From assembly GCF_009914755.1 (NCBI RefSeq), contig NC_060928.1: DNA of 64,000 nucleotides; one strand, written 5' to 3'. This document shows positions 45,701 to 63,721 of this stretch, in pieces (the stretch's first letter is position 1; the number at the start of each line of letters is the position of its first letter). The notes under the pieces are model-generated. The model searched no databases. It was not told the origin of the DNA and was given only the letters and a program-made list of their open reading frames with translations. The stretch comes from the human T2T-CHM13v2.0 reference genome, Homo sapiens. The position numbers were made by a program, and so were the translations under genes.

Positions 45701-48604
45701 ATTAGAAACTTTCATTCTTATTCTAAGTTCTAGAGCATCCTAGATAGATTGAAATTTCTGTCTTAAAGATGAGAGACCTTTCTCTGAGAAAAGTGTGTGG
45801 TCCTCTTGATTTTGTTGAGAGTAGAATCTCTTTTACTACTTTCTCGATTTATTTTATGGAGTTTTATTTTTATTTTCTCTCATTTCTGGGGTTAGGGTTT
45901 GTAGTATATATCAACCTATAAATAATTTCACCAGAATCTCAAATTACTTGCATAAAGATGGGTAAAATGGTCTCTTTTGCTTTTTAAATTTATCATATGT
46001 ACCTGGTTACTTTCTCAGTATCATTTCTCATTTTATGTTATTTGTTCATTATAATACAATTATATATCATAATTATATATTAGCTATAATTATATATATA
46101 ATGGCATTAATATGTAGAGCTCAGTTTCACAGAAATGAAAGAAATACATATTCAGCTTGCTTAGGTCTTAAATACTCCTATGACAAGTATGTATTTAAGT
46201 AAACTTTGATGCTTTATGTGATTATTTATACTATTTTACTTTCAATGCAATTGCTTCCTTTAAGTACAAAGTAACATTTTTCTTAAAGGGCTAGCTCTTT
46301 CTCTTCTAAATATATGTGATTATTTTCAAATTCAAACGTAAGCAAAAGTAGAAAAAAGTAGTATCAATGAATTTCCTTGAATCCATTGCCCAGATTCCAC
46401 AAACTGTCAATTTTCTTCTCTTCCAGTTTTATTTCTTTTTCCACTATTTTTTTCCAAATGTTTTGAAGCAAATCCCATTTTATCTGTAAATACCTTAGTA
46501 CATATCACTACCAGATAAGAAACTTTGAAGCTGAACCTGAATGTAATCAAGCTTTTATATTAACACGCCTATGGGAAATACAGGCAATAAGGAAAAGCAA
46601 CTAAAATGACATTATAAGGATGTAAATAGCCAAATCTAGAATATGAGATATTGTACCGGACAAATGACACAAAAAAATAGCATGGATGAGAAGACATGAA
46701 GAGGGAGAATTTTTGTCTAGGTAGTAAGCCTTAAGACATATACTATGCAGATGCATCTGTGGAAAGTGTTTGAATCCTGATGAACTGTCAGAAAAATCAT
46801 CTTGAGGCAATCATAATAAACTGTACACAGAAATTAAATGATATTAAGGAAAAATATTAATTTTCTTGGGTTTGATACTGGTGTTGTGGTTTTCCTTTTT
46901 TTTAATAAAAGAGAAAAACCTTTAAAATTATAAAATTCATGTTATCGAGGAGAAAAGCATTATTACTCAGAATTACTGTACTTCATTGTTTAGCTTAAGG
47001 GTAGATTGTGAGATACAATTTGCTGAGTTAAGTTTTGTTTAGGTTTTAATACCTGAAAACGTATTTTCCCTTACAGAACTTCTTGTATCATGAATATACT
47101 CCCTTTCTTAAAAAAAAATGACTATGATTATAACATTCTTCATAATTTCTTCTGTATTGGAGTTTTATTTTTAATTTTTTAAATAAACCTAACCCACAAT
47201 GAATATTGCCAAGATGAAGGTCTATTTGCTCTAGCCACATCGTTTGAAAGGGGGTTGAAACATCCTCTCATTGAGAGTAAAGATACAGGAAATGGTGGGG
47301 GTTTCTTGCTCCTAAGGTGTCCCTGCAGCTGTGCCTCAGACTTAGTAATTTCACAGAAAACAGATTGAGGCCTTCTGTTTTACCCAAAGAAAGTTGGACT
47401 TAGATGCTGGTGGGATGGAAAGAGGAGATATTTTCAATTAAGAGTCCCTGTAGGGAGACCTATAGGGAGAGATGCAGAATACTGCCTAGATCCCCGGTTT
47501 AGGACTGAAGCACTGATTGCCTTATGTGCTAGGCGTGTTGGCTTCTGAGGGCTCATAGGTGAGTAGAGCTAAGGATTGTTTCTGGTTAAAGCAGGCTTCC
47601 TTACTCAACCCCCAAGAGGTTATGTTGCCTACCTTTGTAGTGATTCAAGGGTGAAGCAACTTGGCCTCAAATGGAAATATCTCTAAGAGGCCATTTTGGC
47701 CAGTCAGGATATCAGCTGAAACCTGCGTTGCAAGTCTATTGCTGTTCACCTCTTCTACCTAATATTGCTTCTGTCATGCCCTTACAAAAATTGTTTCTGG
47801 AAGCAATGTCTACTAAACTACCTGTTTTTCCCCAGATTCTCTTTCTTGGGAAAATGACCCATGGTAGAACTCCACAAATTGAGACGAAAGGTAATTACAT
47901 ATAATATTTCTAAGTAGTTGACTCCAATCACTGTTATACTAAATGACATTCAGTGGCTGATTTAGGGGGAAAATGACTTGAAATAAATGTTAAATGTACG
48001 ACTTACAAAATATAGGACTTTAGCCATTGAAATAATCTGATACAACCTGGAAAATACATGGGTTAAGTAATGGCTGTAAAATTGACCTAGTGGAGCTACA
48101 TAGAGAGTGGAAAGCATAGTTCATTGCACCCACTAAATTCAGTAGTATGGTTTTCCCCTCAAGCTATAGAGTAAGAAAGAGGTCGACAACTTAGCAATTT
48201 GCAGCAGACAGTCCACCATTAGCAAGAGGAAAGAGATCACTAACTCATTTTTCAAAGACTCTCTTTAGGACTTTACCTGTCAAGGTCATGATCAAATTTA
48301 TGCTTTAGTCTTCAAAAATGCTATGTCTCCATGTCAGTATTTTCAAGTCTGTAATTTATAGGGCCAAATCACATATTTTGGAGGTACTTATTCTACAAAA
48401 ACCTTTCTGTCTTAAATATTATCATCTTTGTACTCAAAAGAACTGTATTTCCTTTTCTTTTATATTTTGAAAAATATGTCTAAGGTTTCTTTTTCCACGT
48501 CAGGCTCATTGTTCTTGGTATGCTGTTAGCATTAAATAACATAAAAACACCAAAAGGGAATCAAAAAGGAATAAAGAAAGAATTGGGCACAAGGGGATTA
48601 TTCT

Positions 48605-51320
<2,716 letters not shown>

Positions 51321-51894
51321 CTTAATTTTTCCACTTTTAGGAACTTAATCATTTCTTTTGTGAATATGGATACACATATCACATGTTAAGGATGTATCCT
51401 TAGTGACCTTGATGAAATTGTTTGCTCTTTTACCACGAAGGTTATCCTAAAGATTTGATCCATAAAGCGAGACGAATTATGCTAGGTTGGCTGAGTGCTT
51501 AGCACTAGAATGGACAAAAGGCCATACTGTTGCTGGGGAGCACATTGGAGCCCCGTGAGTGTCCCCATATTTGGAAATGGTACATACTTTCTTATATGGT
51601 TTCAGATCAGAGTGTTTATTGTCTACTCTTCCCTCCCTGAACTGTGGCTCACTAATGGTTTTTTCATCTAGCCCTGCACTCCTCCGAATATAGTATAATC
51701 CCTAGTGCATTTTTAATACTTATGTAATAAATGGAGTTTGTCTTCAGTTGTATCAGAGATTTGCCAGTTTACTAAACATAAACAACAAAACTCTTAACAA
51801 AATAGTCAAAAGAAACTCTAGATTAACTATGGTGTAGACATATCAAAATATCTTTCTATCTCATTTTTGATCCATTAAGTGTCACTTTTTCCAA

Positions 51895-54800
51895 TTTTTA
51901 AGTAGAGTTTATTTTTTAGAGCAGTTTTAGATTCATAGAAAAATTGAGTGGAAGGTGCAGAGATTTCCCATATACTACATTCCCATATGTATCTGCCTCC
52001 ACATATGCCCAGCCTCCCCAACTATCAAATTTCTATACCAGAATGGTACAATTGTTACAATCAATGAATCTACATTGACATATTAGCACTCAAAGTCTGT
52101 AGTTTACATTACGGTTCACTTTTGCTGTTAGTGTTGGACCAAATATATAATCAAATGTATGCACCATTATAGTACCATACAGAGTAGATTCATTGCCCTA
52201 AAAATCCTCTGTTCCATGCCTATTCGTCCCTCCCTCTCCGGTAACCCCTGGCAGTTATTAATCTTTTTAATGTCTCTATAGTTTTGTCTTTTCCAGACTG
52301 TTATGTAGTTGAACTCATACAGTATGTCGACTTTTCAGACTAGTGTCTTTCATTTAATAATATGTATTTAAGGTTCCTCCATGTCATTTCATGGCTTGAT
52401 AGCTCATTTATTTTTAGTAATGAATAACATTCCATTTTCTGGACTTACCAGAGTTTGTTTATCCATTCACCTACCAAAGGATATCTTGGCTGTTTAAAAT
52501 GTTTTGGCAATTATGAACGTTTTGGCAATTATGAATAAAGCTGCAATGAATATCTGTATATGGGCATTTGTATGCACAAAAGTTTTCACCACATTTGGAT
52601 AAATACCAAGGGGCATGAATGATGAATCATATGGTAAGAGTATATCTAGTTTTATAAGGAACTGCCAAACAATCTTCCAAAGCGGCCAAACCATTTTGCA
52701 TTTCAGACAACTGAGGACCAAGAGTTCTAGCTTGGTCCACACACTTGCCAGCATTTGAAGTTGTCCGTGTTCGGAATTTTTGTCATTTTAATAGATGCGT
52801 AGTCTTACTTCATGGTTGTTTTACTTTGCCACTCCCGAATCACATATGATGTTGAGCTTCTTAGGCTTATTTGTCATCAGTACATCTTTGGTGAGGCATC
52901 AGCTCAGGTCTTTGGCCCATTATTTAATTGGATTGCTCACATTCTTATTGTTAATTTTTGAGTTCTTTGTATATTTAGAATGAGTCCTTTACCAGATAAT
53001 TCGTTTGCAAATAGTTTCTCCTAATCTGTAGCTTATCTTCTTATTCTTTGAGCAGTGTCTTTCACAGAGCAGAAGTTTTTAATTCTAATAAGTTCAGCTG
53101 ATCAATTCTATTTTTTTCATGGATCAAACCTTTGGTGGTATATCTAAGAAGTCATCACCATACCCAGGACCATCTTGTTTTTCTTGTCATGTTTGAGAAT
53201 TTTATAGTTTTGCTGTTAGGCCTATCATCCATTTTGAGTTAATTTTTATGAAGGGTTAGGGTCTGTATCTAGATTTATTCTTTGGCATGTGGATGTTCAG
53301 TTGTTCCAGCACAATTGAGAAGAGTGTCTTTGACCTATTGTATTTCAAAGATCAGTTAATTATATTTGTGTGGGTCTATTTCTGAGCCCTCTATTTGTCA
53401 CATTGATTTGTGTATTAGTTCACCAGTACCACACTTTCTTAATTGCTGTACTAATCAGTAATCTTACAATAAGTCTTGAGGTCAGGTAGTGTCAGCCCTC
53501 TGACTTTGTCCTTCTCTTTCAATATCATCTGACTATTCTGGATTTTTGCTACCCCATGCAAACTTTAGAGTTTACATTTCAGTTTATTGATATCCGTGAA
53601 AGAACTTGCTGAGATTTTGATTGGGGTTGCATCAAATCTATAGACTGGCTTGAGAAAAATTGACATTGTGACAATATTAAGTTTTCCTATGCATGAACAT
53701 GGAATATCTCACCATTTATATATGTTTTGATTTCTTTCAACAGTGTTTTATGGTTTGCCTCACATAGAACTTCTACAAATTTAATTAGATTTATCTCTAA
53801 TTATTTCATGTTTTGGGGTGTAATTGATACTGTGTTTATAATTTCAAATTCTACTTACTCATTGCTGGTATAAAGAAAAGTGATTTTGTAAAATATTAAC
53901 CTTGTACCCTGCAACCTTGCTATAAACATTTATTGTGGGAGCATTTTTTTGTTTATTTTCTTGAATTTTCTATGTAGACAAACATGTAATATGTGAATAA
54001 AAACAGTTCTATTTTTTCCTTCTCATCTAGCATCACCTTTATTTTCTTTTCTTGGCTTATTACATTAGCTAGAATTTGCTATTGAAGTTGAAGGTGTTCT
54101 TTCCTATTCCTACTTTGCTGAGAGTTGGAAAAATCACAAATGAGTGTTGGATTTTGCCACATGATTTTTGCATGTCTATTGATATGATCGTGTGGTGTTT
54201 CTTCTTTAGCCTGTTGATGTAATGGGTTATATTAATTGATTTATAAATGGTGAATCAGACATGAATACTTGAAATAAATCCCACCTGGTCATGGTGTATA
54301 TTTCTTTATATAGATTGTTGGGTTTGATTTGCTAATGTTTTGTTGAGGATTGTTGCATTACGTTCAGGAGAGGCATCGTTCTGTATTTTCTTTTCTTGTA
54401 ATGTCCTTGCTTCGTTTTGGTATTATATTAATGCCAACTTCATAGAATAAAGTAGAGAGTATTCCCTCTTCTGTCTTCTGACTGTATGGAATTATAGATG
54501 GGTGGATTTTTTTTTTCTCTCAAGACTTTAAATACTTCACCCTACTCCCTTTTTGTTACATGGTTTCTGAGACATTAGATACAGTCGGAGCCCCACAACC
54601 TGCCCATCTGAAAGCTCCCCCTAGAGGTTTGAGCAGTGGGGCACCGAAGAAACGAGCCACACCCCCATTGCATACTCTTCAAGGGGGAGAAGGGAACTTT
54701 ACCAGTTTCAGTTTGGTGTCTGACATCAGTTTGAGAGAATTCTTGGTCATTACTTCCTATATTTCTTCCTTTTATTTATCTCTTTCTTCTCCTGCTGCTG

Positions 54801-56020
54801 TTTCCATTACATATGTGTTATTCCTTGTAGTTGTCCAAAGTTCTTGGATATTCTGTTCTACTTTTTGAGTCTTTTTTCCTCTTGGCTTTTGAGTTTTCGA
54901 AGATTCTTTTTAGTTTTCAAAGATTCTTTCTTCAGCTGTGTCTAGTCTACTGCTAAGTCCATCAAAAGCATTCCTCATTTCTGTTACAGTTTTTTTGATC
55001 TCTAGCCTTTATTATTTTTTTTTAGAATTTTTATTTCTCTACTTACATTGCCCATCTGTTCTTGCATGCTACTTTACCCATTAGAGCCTTTAGCATATTA
55101 ATTCTACTTGTTTAAATTCCCAGTCTGATAATTCAAACATCTCTGCCATCTATGCCTGTGACTCTGATGCTTGCTCCATCTCTTCAAACTGTGTTTTTTT
55201 TTTCTTATTAGTATGCATTGCGGGTTTTTCTAGATAGCTGGACATAATGTACTGGGTCAAAAGAGCTGTGGTAAATAGGCCTTTGGTAATGTGGTGGTAA
55301 GGTATGGAAGAAAAGGTAGCCTTCTATTATTCTATAATTATTTCTCAGTGTTGTAGTGAGCTTTTGCCCCCAGGCTGTGAACTTCACTAGTGTGTCTCAG
55401 TTCCTCTCTCCTTTCCACTTAGATGGGACAGGATGGCTAGAGTGGGCTGAAGTTTGGTATTTCCCTTCTGGTAGGTTGATTAAGCTTGGGAAAAAAACTC
55501 AACAGTGTAAACTCTAATAAAATAGTTTCTCTTGAGGTCAGGTCCCGGTAAGAACAGAATTCTCCCATGTATTTCAAAATTATGACCTTTCCCTCCACCC
55601 TTGAAGTACAAGGGGATTTTTCTCCGATATGTGAAAATCTGGCTGAACTCCTTTCTACTGTAAGTCAGCAGTACACTTACAGAAGTGTGTGTGGCCCCAT
55701 ATGGCTAGATTTCCTGAAGTTTTTAACTCGGCCTTATCCATACTGAGCTTCCACCAATTTGTCACTTAGTTTTATGTTTTTCACAAAGGCACTGGCTCCC
55801 CTGGAGGATTCTGCTTGTGGACCTGCTCAGGAAAGTTGTGATTCTCTGTAATCTGTCTTTCCAGTTTGTGGAGGGGGAAGCAGGCTGTCCTGGGACCTCA
55901 CTTATCTGATGAATCTAAGAAGAGTTGTTGAATTTTCAGTTTGTTTAGCTTTTTGCCTCTTTGTTAGAATAAAGTGTTTACTTTCAAGCTCCTTATATCC
56001 TGAGCCAGAAACTGGAAGTC
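51895..56020 (-). mobile_element. Old L1MC/MD element with internal deletions
   Basis: 3' end ttttagagcagttttagattcatagaaaaattgagtgg; ORF track 52494-52754 (...LPYD...PLGIYP...IFIAALFIIAKT) is L1 ORF2 C-terminal-like. Confidence 0.8.
54582..54710 (+). mobile_element. ERV1 LTR 3'-terminal fragment (MER50/LTR1-group)
   Basis: gctccccctagaggtttgagcagtggggcaccgaagaaacgagccacacccc...aagggaactttaccagtttca, a GC-rich piece inside AT-rich L1. Confidence 0.7.
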
Positions 56021-58477
56021 CTCTTACCTGTTAGTATTTTAATTAGATAATCCCTACACATTCAACTGAATGTGAATTTGTGAACTTGTATGTAGTGTTT
56101 ACCAAAGAGATTTGCCAAGCTTGTGAGTATATCATAGTGGTATTAACAGGATTTCCCATCCCCACGATCCCCTAAAAACAACCAAAAAAAATTTCCATTG
56201 TAGCTTTGTAATACTCAAAGGAGAACAATAAACCTTTGACTTAAAAATGATGAGTAGGAATATTTTTGTGATGTACAGTGGCATTGTGGCACTGAAAATG
56301 TGATAGATTTTAACATAGTCAGAATTTAAACTTTAGCTTTTTCACTTTTTAGCCATATTATGTAAAGGAAGATATATAATGTCTTTGAATTTATATTTCC
56401 CTACTAGTTTTAAAAAAGTGATTTTTGAAATATTGAGTAAAATAATATTTAGGACAATTCTTATATAGGTACTCAAATATTTTCTCCAACTTATGTAAAA
56501 TTTGCTCATTTTGGGGAATCTGAAGATTATAATTAAAAGAGCTCTATTTGTATAAAAGGAAGACAGAACATTTTGGAAGGCTGTTACAAGAGTTAAAGAA
56601 GAGAGAACTGATAGAAAAGTGGGAAATGGATAAGACTTAACTCATAAATGTAAATTAAATGGTAATACTAGATTTTAATTTGATATAAAATTTCTTACTT
56701 AGAACAACCTAAAGCGCATTGACTTCAAATTGGTTGGTCAGAGTAGAAGAATCCAAGAAAATGCCAATATCAATCTCAATTTAGAGTAAAAGGAAGCCAG
56801 GAGAGCGCAGGCAAGTGTCCAGGTTCTTTTAAAATAAATCATCTAGATACATGAAAGCCATCCTAGAAAGGAGTCTGGTGGGTGGCAGAGTCCAGATCAT
56901 TCAATTCTACTTAATTTGGAAAGAAATCCAGTGCCAGATTATACAATGAATGCACAAGGTTTAAATTGAGTAACTGCTCAATTGTAGAAAATATGTGTTT
57001 ATCTTTTCAATTTTTTCCCATACTCTGATTTACTTCCATTGATTTTCTTGCCAAATTAACTAGGATGAATTCTACATGAAATAAAATAGTCTGTAGGAAT
57101 CATTTGGGCATTTTTTTAGAGGTGATTCTTTGAAGAACTTAATGTTTTAAATTGTCATTTACCTATGTACTCACAAACATTGTAAAACTGTATTAGAGGT
57201 CGTCCTACCAGCATTTGAAATTGTCTGCCTATTATCTCTGTAGAGTACTGTTTGCTGTAGTATTAAAACAATTTTGCAAAGCTTGAAAGTAGGAAATTTG
57301 TTTATTTTGCTTGTTTTAGTAAAAACAGGTGTGACAGAATCTAAAAAGAAAGTGCTATAGAATCAAATCAAATCACAAAAACAAGAAGTGCCATTTTCAT
57401 AGATAGAAATTTTGGAAATCAGTTGTTTTTGGTTTATAGTTTTTCCATGCTAACACGCAGTATTCATTAATAAAACATAGTCATTCTTTATTATAGACAA
57501 AGCAAATGTTCCATACACCACCCTAGAGAAAGACCATTTAGAAATAAACAAGTGGTGCTGAAGGAGATGTGTAATTTAGCAAAAATAGCCACCCAAGCTG
57601 AGTTATCTTTTGGGAAAAGGAAATAGGAGACAAACAACTATCCTGAAGGGAGTTGATTTGGAAGGAAATTAAACATTTTCCCATGAGAAGCACAGCTTAG
57701 AGAGATATCAAGTGTTTGTGAATATCACCCAGCAGCCATTCAAGACAAAAAGAACACCCAAATGACATATAAACAAATATGTTTTCTTTTGTAGTTGTTC
57801 ATTTGTAAGTTTTTAAAATTACTTGTAATCTGTTAAAAATCTCATTGGTCTTTTGTTATTAATTCAAAAGCATTCTTATATTTTCAACTTTTTAAAATTT
57901 AATTCTTGCCTTCAGTTTCCCTAATATTTTGTAAATCTCCTTTTGAATCAGCATTTTGCACTTCACTTTTATTAGCATCGTTTTTTTTCTTAAAGGTGAA
58001 GCAAGTTTCTTATCTTTAAAGATTTGCCATTTCAGCTTTTTATTAGTGACTTTGAAGTCCTTAAAATATCTCTCCTGATTTAACCTTACAATAATTTTAG
58101 TCCTATGTTTGCTAAAAATCAAAGCCAAAGATGATATTCAAAGTTGATTTTGTCCTAAAAAATCTTATTTTGGAGGTTTCCATCTGAAATTAAAGTAGAA
58201 TTTTATAGTTTATAATTCACTGAAATATTGTGGACAGGGTAAACATTTGGAAGCCCTCTTATCATTTCCTCTTGTCATCTCAACTTCAGACTCCCTGCAG
58301 TCATTGAGGCGAGCTAAGCATGCCAGTGGAACTCTACAACCTTACACAAAGAAATCTAGTTTTCTTTTGCTAGTCAACAACTACTCACTGTATCTTGACT
58401 TCAACTTATGACATCTCTTGGTCTTGTTCATTTCAATGCTCATATGTGAAGAGTTGCCCAAATAACTCCATTAATGA

Positions 58478-58872
<395 letters not shown>

Positions 58873-59149
58873 CTATGCCCTATTTTATGTCTCCGAAACA
58901 GAAAGGAGAGACATGCAAACACATTTTCATGAGGAATTGTGGCTCACTTCCTCAATTCTCAGCTATTTTTGCAGCTTTAATTTTACTTTCTGAGGAATGT
59001 AAGAATATTATCCAAGCAAATACAAGCCTTTGGTTAAAATCACTGGATAATGTAACACTTGATCAATAATCCTATTTCCAGTGATTTCCTAATCATAACA
59101 TTTTATTCACAAACATCCAGACAGTTATATTTACATTCAACTCACCTTC

Positions 59150-59640
59150 TTGGTGTGGGCTCTTACCAAAACAGACCTGAGAAAAGGTTTCAAGTATACA
59201 ACTGGGAAGATGGTACCAGGAAACACTGGTAGGGAAGTGAATTAAAACAGGCAAATGAACAAACCGTAGTTGCTATATGCCACTGACTAAAGAAGGTACT
59301 ACTACTTCTGGTGAGGTTAATCTCACTGTGGAATTCTGTGGCAGACTCTAGATTTTGCATTATACTTGTTCCATCCAAGCAACTGGGAAACTGTTTTTAT
59401 TTAGGTTTGTTTGTTTAGCAAAATTCTTATGTGTGATTTGTTGATATCTTCGTTTGGAAACATCAATGCCCAATATTTCTCACTGGTCCTATAGAGGCCT
59501 GAACTTGCTTCCACAGCTTGGAAATAGAAATTTTTCAGGCAGAAAGTAGCAATGTTTATGATAAGTATATCTTTTCATGTCAGGACATAGAGGTGAGATA
59601 TGAGAGTATCCTGACATGGTGTAGACAGTAGCTGCTATGC
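59150..59640 (-). mobile_element. Old ERVL LTR (LTR33-like)
   Basis: acagacctgagaaaaggtttcaagt...ccaggaaacactggtagggaagtg resembles antisense LTR33; heavily degenerate. Confidence 0.45.
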
Positions 59641-59715
59641 ATCCGCACCCTATCCATAACCTTGTCCTACTAGCCACGTATGGTCTTCATGAAATATGGG
59701 AGGTAGCTTTAGTTT

Positions 59716-60248
59716 TGTGATTGTTAATTTTGTGTGTCAACTTGACTGTGCTAAGAGATGCCCAGACACCTGGTAAAACATTGTTTTTGGATATGTTTGT
59801 GAGGGTGTTTGCAGAAGAGATTGACATTTGAATCAGTGGACTGAGTAAAGATCTATCAACACCCATGTAGGTGAGCACGGTCCTATTTGTTCGGGGCTCA
59901 AATACCAAAAAAGGCAAAAAAAAAAAAAAAAAAAGGATAAATTCTTTCTCTCTCTTTTTTAGCTGAGACATCCATCTTCTCCTACTCTCAAACATCAGAG
60001 ATTCTGACATATGGGCCTTTGGACTTTGGGACTTACACTAGGGCTCCCCTGCCACCCTCTCACCCCCAGTTCTCAGACCTTTGGCCTCTGACTGAACTAC
60101 ACCACTGTCATCTTGGTTCTGAAGCTTACAGAAGACGTATCACAGGAATTCTTGGCCTCCATAATTGCACGAGTCAATTCCCATAATCTCCTTTTACATA
60201 TCTATTCTCTTATTGATTCTGTTTCTCTGGACAACCTCAACTAATATA
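59716..60248 (+). mobile_element. MLT2B (HERV-L) solo LTR
   Basis: tgtgattgttaattttgtgtgtcaacttgact...ttctgtttctctggacaacctcaactaatata. Perfect 5-bp TSD AGTTT at 59711-59715 and 60249-60253. Confidence 0.9.
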
Positions 60249-61106
60249 AGTTTGTCAAATGTTTGCCTGGAATCATCCTAGGAATTACTCTTCCCAGATA
60301 CCTATATTATAGAAGTTCAGGAATGTTGGCCAGATACCTTTCCTTGCCCCATATGGAATAGTTAATGTTTACTGATGCTTAATCAGTTCCAAACTCTACA
60401 TACTATTGAATAAATCACTTAATACAACCACATACTGAGCTATCTGATATTAATTCCATTTTTACTGATGATGAAACTGAGTCAAGATAAGTTACAATAT
60501 TTAGTTAAGGTAACACAGGTTCTTATGGTATGATTTCAATGCAGGCATGTTTCATCCAAAGCCCTGGTTATAATTATTCTTCATTCCTAGATTATCAAAT
60601 CTTCTTAATCAATCAATGTCAGGTCATGTTGATATCTGGCAATGTTGGAGTATGTTTCATTTTGAGAATGGTAAATATTCCTTAGGATCACTTTGGAAAC
60701 TTTTTTTTTGATTGATTGATTGTCATCTTAAAAGTATATAAGTAAGAACACCTCATCATACCACAAAGTCTCTACTAGTGACAGTGAAAACCCACGGAGT
60801 CAACTAATATTCTACCTATGCACTTGCATTTGATGTGCTGGCTTTAATCAATGCCAGGAAGCTCCAGTTTTTAATCTTTGAGCAGATATACACATGTGCA
60901 TATCAAATTTTCAAGCATTCTCTTAATAATTAGTTATTTCTTTGTTTCACTGTCTTCCTGTTTAGTTAACCAGCAGAGCTAGCTGATAGAGGCTAATGTG
61001 CTTTACTTATAATACAGTCTTTTTTTAAATGTATTACTAGTAAAGTATTAGCCAAAATTCTGAGTTATTGTTAGTGATAACTTTTAACATTTGGCAGTAT
61101 AATAGC

Positions 61107-61500
61107 ATATCAGTCAGGGTTTAGGCTGGAAACAGAATTCACGGAAAGAAATTCTGATGAAGACAGTGAAAAGGCTATCGTAAGATTTGGGCAGAAATAA
61201 AGAGACACACAGGCATATCGAGGCATCCAGAGATTAGCAATACCACTGGGAAGACATTTCCATTCCCATGCCTAAATGCCCAAGGTGGTGAAAGATGTTA
61301 CTAGAACCCAGTGAGAGCTGGAGCTCAGAAGGCCCAGCCACACAGCTGACCTGGTGGAGGAAACCTTCCTGCCTCTGGTGGAGGCAACTACTGCCATGAG
61401 AGGCAATAATCTGAAGCTGGAGAAACAGAGAAGAAATAACATCTTTCTTTCCTCTAATCTCAAAGCCCCAGAATGCAGAAACAATGATTTACATGAAACT
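61107..61500 (-). mobile_element. Old ERVL-type LTR fragment
   Basis: tatcagtcagggtttaggctggaaacagaa...gaggcatccagagattagcaa resembles the antisense 3' end of old ERVL LTRs. Family not determined. Confidence 0.4.
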
Positions 61501-63721
61501 CAGGAGTTAGCCTCCTGGCTCACAGAGGAGCAAAGAAAAGCAGAAACCAGATTGGCCGGGATGTGGTGCTTAAATAACCGGTGGAAATACTTAATTTTGG
61601 CTCATAAATAGAGCTTATATTATCTTCCTTTAAGACTCTTTCTCTTTCTATTATACTATACTTGTACTTTGTTTTGTCTCTTTTTAAATTATTTGACTTA
61701 ACAAAACTAAATTTTATGTTGTACAAGGAGGATGCAATGTTCATTCCCTCTACTTCACAAGGTTGCTTTGGAGATCATAAAAAATCAATTGTTTTCTCAA
61801 TATCATACACGACCCCTCTGCCAACTGTGGATAGACTGAAGCATGGATGGTGGTTATATATGTCCTCGACCCTCTAGATACTTAGACCCTCCTAGGCTCT
61901 TTGTTCAGTACTGTGTGAAATTATAAGGAATATATAAAATTAACTGAAAGAAAGAGAAAGCAGTATAATTCTTAAACACATAAAATTGGCTCTGTGTATA
62001 AAAAGAGTAGAAAAGAAGTTGTTAACCGCATGGGTGAGAGGAAGGTATCAGTAGTACACATCTGAAGGATTACCATATTATAGATTGAGAAGAAAAGAAG
62101 TAGATTAAGCCGGTTTAGTGTCTGGGATGAAAAAAGAGAATAGAATACTTTTCCTTTACCAGAGGTGACGACTGACAGAGGTGCAGGAGAAAAGAGTATA
62201 TCTATATTTATTAGCAGAGTATGAATTATTAAAAGGAGAATTAGGAGTCTATAATTAGTGTGTAGCTTTTCTATCCTGAGCTTTACTAATTTGAACATAA
62301 GTTTGTGCTTTTAATCAGCTGATGAACCAAAAGTGGGAAAGGGCATAATCAATACAATAAACTCTAAACATTTTATAATTCCAAGATTATATAGTCCCAA
62401 CATTTAATGGAGGTCCAATGAAAGCATAAATCCTTGAACTTGTGAAGCTGGGCAATAACAGGCTGCTTAGATAATTCAAACATTATGTACACAGCATCAA
62501 TAGAAACAGACTAGAAATTTACCAACAAGTAAGCAGGAAGCTTGCCAGGCTGTTCAGAAAAAACTGGAGTTTAAAGATACATCCCCATAATGATCCATAG
62601 AAAACAGATGTATTCATTTGTTGCACCAATTATCTGTTACAGATCCACTGATGTGATTTCAAAAACAAGGAAGTACCGTGTGACACAATTTGCTTTGAAC
62701 TTCTATTTCTGAGGTCTCTTATTTCCTGGAATTCAAAGCCAAGGAAAAGAGGGCTGCAGTTAATCTTCCTTTTAGTTATTATTATCATGATTATCAGAAT
62801 TACTATTATGAATTTTTTGAGTCCCTTTGTACTTCTGTGTCAGTATTATTACCAATGATTACCTATGCAGTCATTATAGGAACTCTCCTAGTAAGCCCCT
62901 AGAATGTTTGTATCCAAGATTCAGGTAGGTTTTAGGTGATGTCTGCTCACACTTGTTTTGACATAAAACAAAATTTCCTGCTTTCCAAATGCTGTACATT
63001 GTCTTATAAACCTGAGCCATTTCTCTTCTTTGTGAACAAAGAGTTGTAACTGGCCAAAATATAACTTTTGCACTCTTTCATTCTAAATTGCTAAAACGTA
63101 TTGTTTCTGGGACGAATGTGCTATTTAAAAATTTTGCTTCTCAGTTTCATATAATTAGTCTCCCACTCTCCAGAAAGCTGTTGGACAGACTGTTGGAAGT
63201 AAGATCAGGAGTCTATGAGATGAAATTTTTATAACTCAAATCCCTGATCTTCATTTTAGTTCTAAATGTTGGCTAATTCTTGGCAGGGCTCAAGAGACCC
63301 TATGTAACTACAAACCATCTAGGAAGCTGGAGGCCAAGAATTAGGTAAACATTGAAAGTACTTATTAATTTTTGCGGGAATAATTTGATGAATTTTTTAT
63401 GATGTGAGAAAAAAATTAAAATTAGACTGTAATTTTGAAAACAATCACATCTGTGCAGAGTACCTTGCTCTATTCTAGGAAATTTAAAAAATAGAAGGCA
63501 TGATTTCTATAAAATGAGAGTATGTATATACATTTTTGTTACTAGTTGTATATGGAAACAGGACGTTTTTGAGGTTTCCTGTATATGAGACTCTTCATGG
63601 CTATAGAATGAAGTTTATAGCATAAGATATCTATGGTCACACTTTTATCATTTCTCTCCAACAACAGGCTTATTTTTTAAAAAAAGTCAGGTACCATTTT
63701 ACAATAAAAAATAAGTCATTT

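Noticed and set aside
52501-52535. 18-bp-period tandem duplication (FIIAKT-FIIAKT); similar short duplications near 3229, 14190 and 54892
   Set aside because: Ordinary slippage duplications with no further structure.
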